DNA of 64,000 bases, taken from contig OZ316775.1 in the NCBI GenBank assembly GCA_973851085.1, positions 14,632,001 to 14,696,000 of the forward strand, written 5' to 3'. This document shows, piece after piece, positions 51,901 through 64,000 of the stretch. The DNA comes from Ptychomitrium polyphyllum (lineage: Eukaryota). The notes below the pieces were generated by a model. The model searched no databases, was not told where the DNA came from, and was given only the letters and a program-made list of their open reading frames with translations. The first letter of the stretch is position 1; every line of letters begins with the position of its first letter. The translations under genes were made by a program, and so were the position numbers.

Positions 51901-54900
51901 GGGTGACATATATAGTCATTCCTATGAGGTTTTTCCTCCCTCTGCTTGCTTTGAGATCTTTATTGTGTTTCGCCCATGAGCAAAGGCGAGGATAACTACT
52001 GGGAATAGTTTCTAAAAGTGGCAATGGACCGCTTTGGCAGGACACCCACTAGCTGGGGCTTACTGCCGTCCCCCTGGAGAATGTCCCATCCCATTCATCC
52101 AATTGCACGGTCCTTTGCTCAGCCCATGTCTTTTCCCCTTTAGCCCAGCTTTGCTGCCAGCCACTTCCTAGTCACTCTCCATGGCTCCAACGCTGTCCAC
52201 ATTGTATACCTACCAATACATGCAATTGGATTCTGAAACGTGTACAAGATGTTTGGTTAATGTGGTACCAAACATGACAAGGTTGTTTTGAAGTTTCAGA
52301 AAGTGAGGTGAAGATGATTTGCATATTATGAAAAATGAGGTAAAAAAAAGCCATTTAAGAAAACATTAAAAAACTTGTAGTATCTATATGCAACAATATA
52401 TCAAGCAAGTTTTTTTTAAAATTTGATGTATGAAATTTCATGGAGTTATGAGAATGGGGAAACCCATTTTACAAATTTAAATTGACTTGATGTGTTGGAA
52501 TTGAATGATTATTGGTCCATACTGAGATTGGTTTGATTCTAAACCGGCAAATAACTTTCATACAAACATTATTAATATTTTGAATATTGTCAAAGTAAAG
52601 TGGAGAACTATGATGTCGGACATCTTCTTTGTCACTTGTCACTGTAGAAGAATTAATTTTTTTGTAATTTTATAGATTTTTTAACGTTCTAATTTTGGTA
52701 TAAAGGTTAAAAAATGAACCAATCACAACTTCCATCACCTACACACATCCATATTAATAAGAGAGACCATCCAAATTTCATGTTCATTGAGCACTGACAA
52801 AAGAAGATTTGTTATTGAACTTGTTTCTTGTCTTCTAACCACATGGATTATTTAAATTGCATTACACCACATGCTTAAATATTTGTTTTTAATCAATCTC
52901 AAAAAAAATTGAGGCATTTTAAAAGCTCCTACTTGGTCAACAAGTTCTTCTTTACAACTTATTTATCAAATATTTCATCATGACCTTACGTAATATTTCT
53001 TTAGATGCAATGTTATATGAATATTCAAATTTAGTAATGTTAAAAGGCAAAAGTTTGAAATAAGTTGTTTTACAAAAATATTTTTATATTTGATATTTAA
53101 CTTCTAAAGTTGTTAAGACTCTTGGAAAGGTGATAATATGAAAGAATATAACAACTTTATTTTATTGCATAACTCATATTCCTTTCAAAAACCTAATAAT
53201 TAAAATACTTGATAAAAATACCAAAATTCATGACCAAATCTAGCAAAATTTGTACAACCTTATTTTAAAGTACAATTCAAAAATTTATTAAAACCATCAA
53301 TAAATATAACTTTAATTCTATAACAATTCATTAGTGGTTTTATATGACAATTCAAGATGCAATGAAGAAGGTTCAACTAAGGATTTTAAAGCCTATATTT
53401 TGATACTTTTTAGATAATTTTTTATTTGTAAAGAGTGAAAAATAAGAACAAACCATTATTATCACATTTCCTGTTAATTGGAATTTTATATAAAATCTAC
53501 ATATAGCATAGATTAGCATTAGAATGTTAGATGCTTTTAGCTACCAAACTTTACTTGTTCATGTGTATAGAATTTGAAGGTTATGTTTTGAAACTTTTAA
53601 CCATTTGAAAGTGCCAAAACTATTGGAAGTTGATTATTATATGACAAGTTAAATATTCTTGTAATATAAATTTATATGTGTCATATAGTAATTTCTGAAT
53701 TTTTTAAATTTAATTCTTAAAAGTTCAGATTACTATTTTCTAATTTTTGCTTGAACATGGGCACCTATTTTACGATTTATAATATAAATGTTTTTCACCA
53801 TGGCTATGCTCAAGTTTATTATGAAGTGATTCCAAAAGCAAGCTTTTTATATAATTGGATATATTTAATATCTGATACATTAAACACCTTTAAAATAGGA
53901 TTTTTTTAAATAAATTTTTAACAGATTAAATCTATATTACATACCTATATAAGTCATAGATGCTTAAATATTTATTAGCATAAATTTAAAAAATTCAAAT
54001 TCATACTATTAAAGCTAAATTTTGGTATATGTTATCTTTATCTATCTTCAAATTCATAAAGAAAAAATTTCTATAAATTTTTATGACTAATTTTCTACTT
54101 TGATTTATGCTCAATTTATACTCAAAGAGCCATTGCAAAACTCGAAAGCTCTTGAAGGTGTGTCTGAACTATAGGAGGTGCTGGAAAAATTGCATTTCAA
54201 ATTCTATTCAAGAAAATGTATAATAAACTTTAAAAACTGGAACAATTTGTATTAATTTATAACATTTTTTAATTTCAAAACTTTTTTTTCGAATCCAACT
54301 TACAAAATTTTGGCATGCATATGAAATAAGGATTTTGCTATGTGTTTTAGTTTCAGATTATATGCCTTACATCTTCCAATTTACTTGTTTGCATAAACAG
54401 TGTATGCAGCAATTATTGAAACTATAAAGAATGGAAATTATAGTGTGTGCTATAGTATACGCCTTTCATGCCTTACATGAAATTTGGGTGGAACCATCCA
54501 AAGATCCTCTTTAATACGTAACCATTCCAAAGCAATTTGGTATTGATCACAACAAACCCCTTGCAAATTTATTGATGCAATCTGCTCATGCAATAGGCTT
54601 CCCAATGGTTAACGTTCCAATTTATTTCCAAGGGTCAATGTTAACCACAGTACTACATTAGCTCCCAGTAAAAGCTATATATGAAAAGCAACTTTATGAG
54701 TCAAATGTAAACTTTCATGGACCTTCTATGATATTGGTTTCTACATGGTATGTAATGTGAATTCTTTTGAAGAAGAAAAATATAAGAAAAGGCATTTAAA
54801 AAGCACATATCTTGTGAGTCATTCAAATTGCTAAAATGTAGATTTTGATGAATTATACTTAATGATATTTGTACAAAGATCTTTTAAATTGGAAGGAAGG

Positions 54901-57089
54901 GGATGCACAAATGAAGAAGATTTCTAACAATAAATAAGCACCTCTTTCAACTTCAAGCCATGGCAAGAAAGTAAGGAAATAAAAAAAGGCCCTAACACAT
55001 CTACATGATTTATTCTACTTATTGTAGCACTAAAATTAGCATGCAACTAACTTCCAATGCACCATAATAATAAAAAATCCAAACATCAGTTGTTATGGAG
55101 GGATAAGAAATTGTAGTTTTGATCGATAAGGAAGTTCTTCTAGTGGTATAGCAGCTATGTGTGGTAGTACTCAGGAGTAAAAGCATGTAATCATGCTTGT
55201 TATTTCAAGAGCTTATCCATTATGAGATATCATCAAACCTTGCTACATCACTGAAGTGCACCATACTTTCACCCAAAATAATCCTGTTTATTATGGAATT
55301 TCCGAAAAAGTCAAATTATACCAATTAAATCAGTTTACTCTGCACAATAGTATGCACAAATCAGAATAAACATTTTAGCATTTAGCAGTTTTAATGCAGT
55401 GTTGTTATAAATGAATTTACACAATTGCACAACATCATCAACATTCTGTGGAGATGGGAGGGATAGCATTATGGATATTGTCAGATGTCAAAAATGCCTC
55501 TACAAATGCTGCAACAGTTGGGACATAAAATGTATGTGACACACCTAAGTTGCATCCATTTAGCTTCATTCATGAAAAATGAAAATTTATGACATTTCAA
55601 GATTTTTCTTAGTGAGTTTGACATAATAGAACTCCTTTTCTCTAATATGATTTACACTGATAAAGTGAGCTCTAATTTCATTTAAATGTGACGTATTAAA
55701 ATTCTTTTGCAATATACTACATAACAAAAAGTAATTGATAAAGTGAGTCCTCTAGAAGGATGTGTTCACAAAATTTTAACAAATATGGTAGATTCTTAAG
55801 ACTAATTTATATGTGAAGTTTCAGGCCAATTTTTTGAGGTCAATCCACCTTTTGGAAATCATTATGAAACCATAATTTCTTCATTTATGATTGACTATGA
55901 TTATATTAATAATGGAAAATTAGCCTTGATAACTAAGCTTTCCATTAATAACTAACACCATTTTCATTGGCTTAAGGTGATTGTTTACAATACATCTTCC
56001 AAAAAATTCATAAATAAAAATATCAAGTTGTATCATGGCCTTGTTTAGTGTGGTTGAGGTGAATCTCAACTTTCTCTATCAATGAAAAAAGGTCTTTGAC
56101 CATCTCTTGGCCTTAAATAGACCTTAATCCAGTATGCAAGGTGGCCGTTACATCAATAAAGCTTGAACCACATTATAATGCATGGAAATATATTTCCATA
56201 CAAACAATGAGTATGTTTTCTTGCAAAAGTCTCAATCCATGATTTCCATACTTTCCATCAACATAATCGATTAATTAGAAGAAAAACACTTAGGTTTTTA
56301 AAAAGTCACATTGAAAACAATGTTAGAAATATTATTGACACCTACGTTCATAAAGTTTTACTCTCATAACAATACACTGTGGCATGAAGTTGAATTCTCA
56401 CCTTAGGTATTCTGCCATGAATCAATCGCCACAGGACCCCAGTAGCAGGAAAAATCGGCTCCATGATGAATTGAAAGGAAACTGTGGGAGGCCCCCGTCC
56501 ATAAGCAATTAAAAATGGAGCTTTCACTCCCATCCCATGATAACCTTCACGCTAGTGGAGCACTGGAGGTGTCCAGAGAATAATGACCACAATCATAACA
56601 ATGAACGAAGGATTGGATCAGATTGGAGGAACTCAACAGTGGGAGGTAGATTTGGGGACCTTTTGGCCGTAACTTTGGGGAGAAAAACCTGGGGCCTTGT
56701 CTCGGGCAGTCAGGAAAAATGTGGTATTGATTGACGTGTCAGGTTGATGGAGGAGGGTATCAAACCGCCTGCGGGATATCAATTCAAGGCCTGCCATAGG
56801 CCCTTTCTCTGATCTGCCCACATGCTACCCACCTGCTCTCAGTTCCTTTGCATGTGGTCCCCTACCAAGCCTATCTCACGCCTGACTCCCCTCTCCTTAG
56901 GTGCATGCCTGATTAGACGTGCAAACTCAAAACCAACAGTACCAAGAGAAGGGCCTATAAAGCAGCCATAAAGTTCCCAGCAGCGAAGATAACGTGGTAC
57001 ATGCCTTTGCGTATAGTGACGCTTTTGTGTTAAATTCCTCATGAATAATAGTGATGCGGTCCTAACTTTGGTTATCCACTTACTTTCTG

Positions 57090-57234
57090 TATTGGACCGT
57101 ACATCAGCGTTTGCATGAAAAATGTGCAGGATGAAGCATTCCTTGACGATTCTTATATATTGGACCGTACATCAGTGTTTTACTACTTTGCATGAAAAAT
57201 GTGTAGGATGAAGCATTCCTTGACGATTCTTATA
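57090..57234. repeat. Tandem duplication, 68-bp and 77-bp copies
   Basis: TATTGGACCGTACATCAG...TTTGCATGAAAAATGTG.AGGATGAAGCATTCCTTGACGATTCTTATA at 57090-57157 and 57158-57234. Confidence 0.92.
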
Positions 57235-60200
57235 ACTAAGTATTGCCTTAAAAGGCATATTTCAATTGCACGCTTATTTGTTGGAGTCAATGATGAGGAA
57301 TACTTTCCAGAGCGTGAACAATGGATAAGTCGCATTGGATGGTTGGATACCATTTCACTAAGGTATATAATAAAGTGTGTTAAAAAGAATTGATGTTACC
57401 ACACTAAGCATAAAAAAAAAACGGCAAGTGTGATATGGCATAAAGGAACTGTTTATTTGTTTGATTTGCAATGAATAGATTTCTTAACTAGCTTTACTTG
57501 TATAAAACATCACTTAATTGTATCTTAGCTTCTCTTGAGCCTTGTCTTTTTGTATGAACAATAGAACTTGAAGTTGTGTACAAATTATACAATCTAACAT
57601 AAATTAATAATTGCCAAGCATTTAGATTTTGAATGACTGATAAATTCAAACATTATCAATTATTTCCATTTAAATAAACGCATCTAAAAACAATAGGATG
57701 TTAGTGCTGTGAATATGTACCTTCTTCATCTTTGTATGACTATTGATTTAATATTTGGACATTACATTTCTTGGATCAATGAAAATTATGTTTAAAGGTT
57801 GAATTAGGAATTCCATGGAATTGAGAGCATCCCTTTATGAATGAAAACATCCAATGTTACGTTGAATAGTCCAAATATAATTAAAAACTTTCCTCTATGT
57901 AGCAATGTATTTAATTTTGATTCAATTTTGTTACATAGAACTATAAGTTTTTCTAGCTACATATCTTTGCAACCATACTTTTCATCTTGGGTCCACTTCA
58001 ACCTATATGAAAATTGCAAGTGTAAGTAAAAGAAAGATGTTAGCCTTGCAAAAGAGAGTAAAAGTTGTTTGAATGGTCCCGTAATTCATACCATCTTCAT
58101 TTGTGTGTCACTCAAAAAATGATTGAGCAACCTTCTTGGAGAAACTATCTTCTCTAAGAACATGCCAGATAGACAATATTTTTCATCCACGCCACAGCAT
58201 GGCAAACAACAAAATCACATCCTGTGAAGTCACAAGAAGCACATAATATTCCTAGAAAATACTAACAAGCATTTACAAGGGCTCCCCATTCCCTCTGCCT
58301 GTGGTGTGAAGCAGACCTCAAATCCTGTAGAAAAGGCTGTGAGAAGGAGAGGAGGTTAGGGCTTCATGTGCATGAACTTTTGATGTTAAAGGCAAGCATC
58401 ACAAAAATGATAGACACTCACATGTCTTCTGCATTGAGATTGGCCTGAATGGATTCTGCACGCATGCCGAGGGATTTTTTCTTTAAATAACTAGTTCTTC
58501 AATTTGAAGAGGCTACCGTTCAACTGTCCAAGCTACCCCAATTGCTCACTGAAAAGTTTGTGATAGATTTTCAACTTGATTCCACGAAAAGGCCTTCGAG
58601 TCAGAGTCCACTATCAAGCAGGTTCATCTTTTGCATTTGTTTCATTACTTTATGTATTTAGTTAAACAAAACAGTATTTATAGTGATGCACATTACAGTT
58701 ATCACTGTTACAAACTGTTAACCCTCATGCACCATTTCACACAGCACTCCTCATGAATGAAGGAGGATGAACCTCAGAAATAATTAAATATTTCAAAGCT
58801 CCTCCCTTCCTGCGGCAACCTTCTGTTCATTTTGTGTTCCAGTGTGGCAACGCAAAGTGCTTGTTCTTCTTGCCTTTATGTTTTGATTCTATCACAGATA
58901 TTCTCAGTTTAAATTTAATTATCTTGGGCACTGAATATATCAGATGGATGCACATCCACATGGGCAATGTGAATAGTCCATCAATGGCATAGGTTCAAGG
59001 GGATTCCACAACTCTTTTTGTTTTGACCCTTGTGTGCCTGGGTTGCCAAAAAGTGGTCACTTGGTTGTATAATCGCAAAATACCCAATCATGCATATTTA
59101 CACAAATTCATTCATGAAAATAGGTATCTTGTTAATCTTTTGGGCACTTTCATTTACTATTCTAAATGCAAATCCATCAAATATGAAAATGCTATAAAAT
59201 AAGATGTAATTTGTATCTTTGTACTTTAACTTGAATAATTAAAAATAATATACAAAAAAGTTGGCCGAAAATTGGGATTCAAATAATTTATATAAGTAGA
59301 ATTATGAGATATTAATGTTGTGGTTAATATAAAATTTATGTGGAATTTGATTTCAAATAAAATACATGTATAGATGACTAAAATATATTAAACCAAAATC
59401 TTTAAGTAGTTTTGAAAAAAATTTAAGTCCAAAATTAATTTAGTATAATTATAGATTCAAAAGCCCAAAATTAGACTATTAAGCCCTAGGACGTTTTAAT
59501 AAAGATTCTTAGATTAATGATAAATCAACATATTAATTTTTGGTTCTAAATATTAAATGTTAAATAAATTGAATTTATTGAATTTTAACAACTTGCTTAT
59601 ATTTTCATTTGTAGACAAAGTCCATCATTTGACTATTTGTTTAGATGATGATTTCTAAAGGTCCTAAGAAATTTTGCATAGACCCAAAATTAAATACTAA
59701 AATTTTATTTTGAAATAATTCTTTAGATATAAAAAGAAGTGTACTAAAAAAGGATTCAAAGAAAATGAATATGTGTTTAATTGTAATTTTACAAGAACTT
59801 AGATGTGTTTGATTCACCTCATATTTTTATTGAAAAAAAAATTGAATGCAAAAAAGGTTTATAAAAAACTAAAGCCCATCAAAATTTGTTGCATTTGACA
59901 TGAATTTATTTAAATTAAGAAAAAAAATCACAATTTTTCTTTCAATAAATTATGATACATGTAACTCATTTTTCACCACTCAAAAGTTCAGTAATACAAT
60001 TTTAGAATAAATACAAACGTGATCATTCAAATATTAAGATAAAATTATCTATATAAAATTACTATCTATTAATTGTTTTTGTTGAATTTCAAATATAATA
60101 GAATTCATAATAGCATCTTTAATTTAAAACATCTTGAATCCATGATTTTAAAGGCTATAATATTCATATAACCAAAGGCTACAAAAATATACAAATATAA

Positions 60201-63200
60201 TTGATATCATTCTAACATTAAAACTACATATTCAAATTTTCAACTATGCTGTTACAGTATTGACATTTATAGTAGTTTTTATAATAATATATATTAAAAT
60301 ATAAATGGAAGTGTTAAATCAATATACCAAACCATATTATCTTTAAATTATTTTAAAATTTTAACCTTTTGTTGTGTTTATAATCATGTTGTCATTAAAG
60401 TATAAAATGTATTTTTATATAAGTATATGTTTGTGCATAACTTGCTACAAAAACACAGGTTGTATGGTTTTTTTTTTTTTTCTCAATTCATGTTATTGAT
60501 TCTTGTTTGTATGAGCCTAGATACAATTTGTTTTTTTGGATTTTACAACTTCATGTCATATTGCTTTCATGTCATATTGCTTTGACAAATTCTTTACACA
60601 TTTTAATCCTTTTATTACATCTGTGGATATTGCAAAAAAAACCTTTTTATAAAAGTATCATTTTATCTCCTATAAATGTCATTTATAACAAAAATCAACT
60701 TCAAAGATACAATTGCAAATTAAGCATTTTGATATATAGACTTCTTTTTTTAAATGTAAATAAATGAAAGATATAGTTTATATTAAAATAGAAAGAAGTC
60801 ATATCTTTGTATAAAAACAATAAGTAATTCATAATTAAGATTGAAGGAAATAACATTTTTATAATTGATATATATTAGGTTGTTAGAAATCAAGTTCAAT
60901 AAAGAGATTTTTGATCAAATACCTTTAATACCAAACCACAAATATAAAAAGAAAAATTTCTTGACGTATTTATATTTTATTTTTTTGGAAGCAAATTTTT
61001 TATTAAAATAATTACAGCTTAAACTTGAATTTCTATACTTTAATTGGATGTACCTTCAATTCAATCAAGCACAAATTTTCATCATTTCTATGCATATTGC
61101 TAATTTAATTTAAATTGGGCAACTAAGTAATTTCATTTTTTAATTTTTTTAATAAAATATAATGAATATTTAAATTACATATATTAGAAATACTATCAAT
61201 ATAAAATACAGCTTTGGTAAAAATGGAATAAAAATCATGACTTATACCAATATTTTCAAAATGTCTTTGTTTCAATAATTTGATTTATTGACAAACCATG
61301 TGTAGATTTTAGTTGATTTTTTTGCTTTACTTGATGTCATTTATTAACTGAATCAAGAAATATATTGCAAAAAACGAAATTCAAATTATTCTTAACAACT
61401 TTAAGATAAGATTGGTTTAAATGTATTTAAATACAATATAATATTCACGTAGTAAATTTGTTATTCTTTGACAAAAAATAACCTTTAAAAAATATCTTAT
61501 TTTGTAGAAATTTAATTTTTCTTTATTTTTTATATAGATTTATAAACACTATCAATATAAATACTAAAAATTTAGTCTTTAATTTTGAAATTATTTACTA
61601 AAGAGCCCATTCTATAGTAGAAGCTGTTACTTCATTTATTTTGCCATTAAAACAATTTCATTATTCTTTGTAAATATCTCCATGACAGAAATTAAAATAT
61701 TTTATTGCTTTCACTAATTTTTTCATGAAGATGGCATACGTTATGAGGTGGTTTAATGTCCACTACAAAAAATTGATGCATATTATGTCAATGAATACTA
61801 CAGAATAAAACAAAATGAACATTGATTTTATAATACTTTATCCATTAAATTTTTGAAAGTAAATATTATAATGCCTAAAATTTCAAGGACTAATACTGAT
61901 AATGTTGTTGTAATATGAAAATTGTGTTTTGAAAACAAAGAAGCCAGTTCTCAAATGACTTTGTTTCCATCAAAGATGTTGCATGGTAAGATGCACTATA
62001 AAAAGGAATAACATGCATTACATCCAAAATCTATGATTTTTTATCATTTCATAGTTCTTGGACATGGATTCAACCATTATTAACTAATAAATATGGATTT
62101 TGAAAGTACAAGGTTAAATAAAAAATCAAATAAAAATGGTCAAAATATATTATTGTATTATAGAAAACTAATATATAAAAACAATAATAAAAAGGGCAAC
62201 ATATTTTATTTATAATTTTGTTTTATTATAAATGATTATGTGAAAGACTTGAAACATTAATTTGGAAAATCAATTTCACATATTGGAAAATGATATGAAG
62301 AATTCATTGTTATAGGACAAAAGTTTAGTGATGCAAAATACACATGAGTTCACCACCATTGAAGATTCAAGAGAATCAACTTATTTACAAAAGAACCTCA
62401 TCTTCAAGTTCTTATATTGCAAGACATAGTCCAATGACATGGAACTTCTAGTTCAAAGACATTAACAACTAATCTAATCAACAAGACCTCTTTTGACAAG
62501 TGGATATTTATCTTGTTAGGCTACATAAGAACTTGATACTTATAATGAGCACAATGGCTATTCAATCATGTATTTGTTATTCAATATATATGATTTTGAT
62601 TTTTCAACTTCCACACAAATTAATACATGATGTTTAATAGGAATCATACTTGAAGCTAATGTTTTTGTAAGAAATCGTCCTAAAATTAGGCTACAATATT
62701 TAAAAACCTTAAAAAGAATATATCATCACATTGCAAAACTAATGCATTATGTACATCATTTAGTGCACAATGTTTTGGCCCAATAATACAATCTACCATA
62801 GAATGAAAATATAGTTCAATTACAATAAATAGTCAAATGCAAAATGTAAAGCTTCAACCATTGCATAGGTCCATCTTTTAGAGATTCCAATTTGATTTTT
62901 TTGGAGGCACAAAATAGGTTTCATTACAAAAAGAATTAATTTGAGTACAATCGAGAAGCAAAGGCCTCGGTTGAGAAAGCTAGGTTGAACAATGGTGTCA
63001 CCAAGCCTACACTGCCAAAGATTTCACATAGAAATGTAATTTAATGAAAATCTGATTTTGACATATCATTTAATTAATTTTTTGACGTGGAGATACTATC
63101 TGAATAATTAAAAATATTTTAAAGAAATCATTCTTGTTTTTCCAAAACAGAAAGAGAGCTTTCATTGCAAGAGAGGACCAGTACAAAGGTGCCTAGAAAA

Positions 63201-64000
63201 AGGGACCAGAGAACCTCAACCAGGCTGACCAAGGGAGGAGATGTTTGTGCCTTAGAAGAGCATGCCTAAGAATAGACCCTGCAACCAGAAGTTTTTACTG
63301 TTCGCTGCTAATTTACCTGGTAAGTAAACAATATTACTCTTTGCTTGACATTGTAAATATACTAGTAAAATCTTCTTGCCAATAGTCTTCAATAGAATAA
63401 TTTACTGGGATTGTAAGTGAACATAGGATCCAAATCTACACAATTTTTTTGTAATGCACATACAATCATCCAAAATGAAAGTTGCAATACAACTCAAGTT
63501 CAAGTTCAACATTGTTTGAATGTGCGACAAAATATTTTGCAAAATGAATAAAGTTCACTTGCTTGGTAGTTTGTACTTGGACTATTTCCATCTAAGATTT
63601 TTCACTTAGCATTCTCTTCCCTCTTTAGCAAGTGAATTTATAAATTTTAATAGATTAGTGAAAGATTCATCTTTCTTTGCACTCAAAATACCTCTATTCT
63701 TGTACTCTATATTCTAAAGGCATAGGATTAGGACATAATAACAAAAGACACTTTGTTTTTAATGATCCATTTAGAACAATCTTTTACTTCTTTTTGTTAA
63801 ATTAATGTTTTATTGATTAATTTAGTTATCTTTGTACTTTTGTATATTATGAAAACTTGTGCAATCCACCAAATCTCCTAGTCACTTTGTTCTTGTATGT
63901 TCATGCTTACTCAAGTATTCTACAATAGAATTATTAAAAAAATCCTCTTCAATAAATTTTGCAAATACACCTTGATACACATTTTGTCCACAAAAAGGAG

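Noticed and set aside
41000..64000. Short 60-90 aa ORFs in the AT-rich right third, and intron-like signals near 58330-58420
   Set aside because: Low-complexity translations with no domain motifs, and no consistent gene model could be built. No tRNA, rRNA or snoRNA was recognised.

Overview
Eukaryotic, intron-containing land-plant DNA. It is most likely a moss, inferred from gene content, exon structure and Tcn1-like chromovirus remnants. Four protein-coding genes can be spliced by eye at GT-AG junctions: the 3' part of an LRR receptor-like kinase (+, 1-3147), a BRANCHLESS TRICHOME/At5g41620-like coiled-coil gene (-, 12250-14704), plastid carbamoyl-phosphate synthase large subunit carB (-, 26002-31189) and an IRX14-like GT43 glycosyltransferase (+, 36993-39918). 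Between the kinase and the coiled-coil gene lie a decayed Ty3/gypsy chromovirus with a nested solo LTR (5-bp TSD), a probable BTB-BACK pseudogene and the most interesting feature of the window. That feature is a pseudogene in which a TIR domain is spliced in frame to a farnesoic-acid-O-methyltransferase-like (Methyltransf_FA) domain, with no NB-ARC visible. A ~300-bp foldback sits in the carB promoter, and a short uORF precedes the IRX14-like start. Positions 16.3-25 kb and 41-64 kb are AT-rich and CpG-poor, with no gene I can identify. All assignments come from manual translation and remembered motifs; no searches were run.
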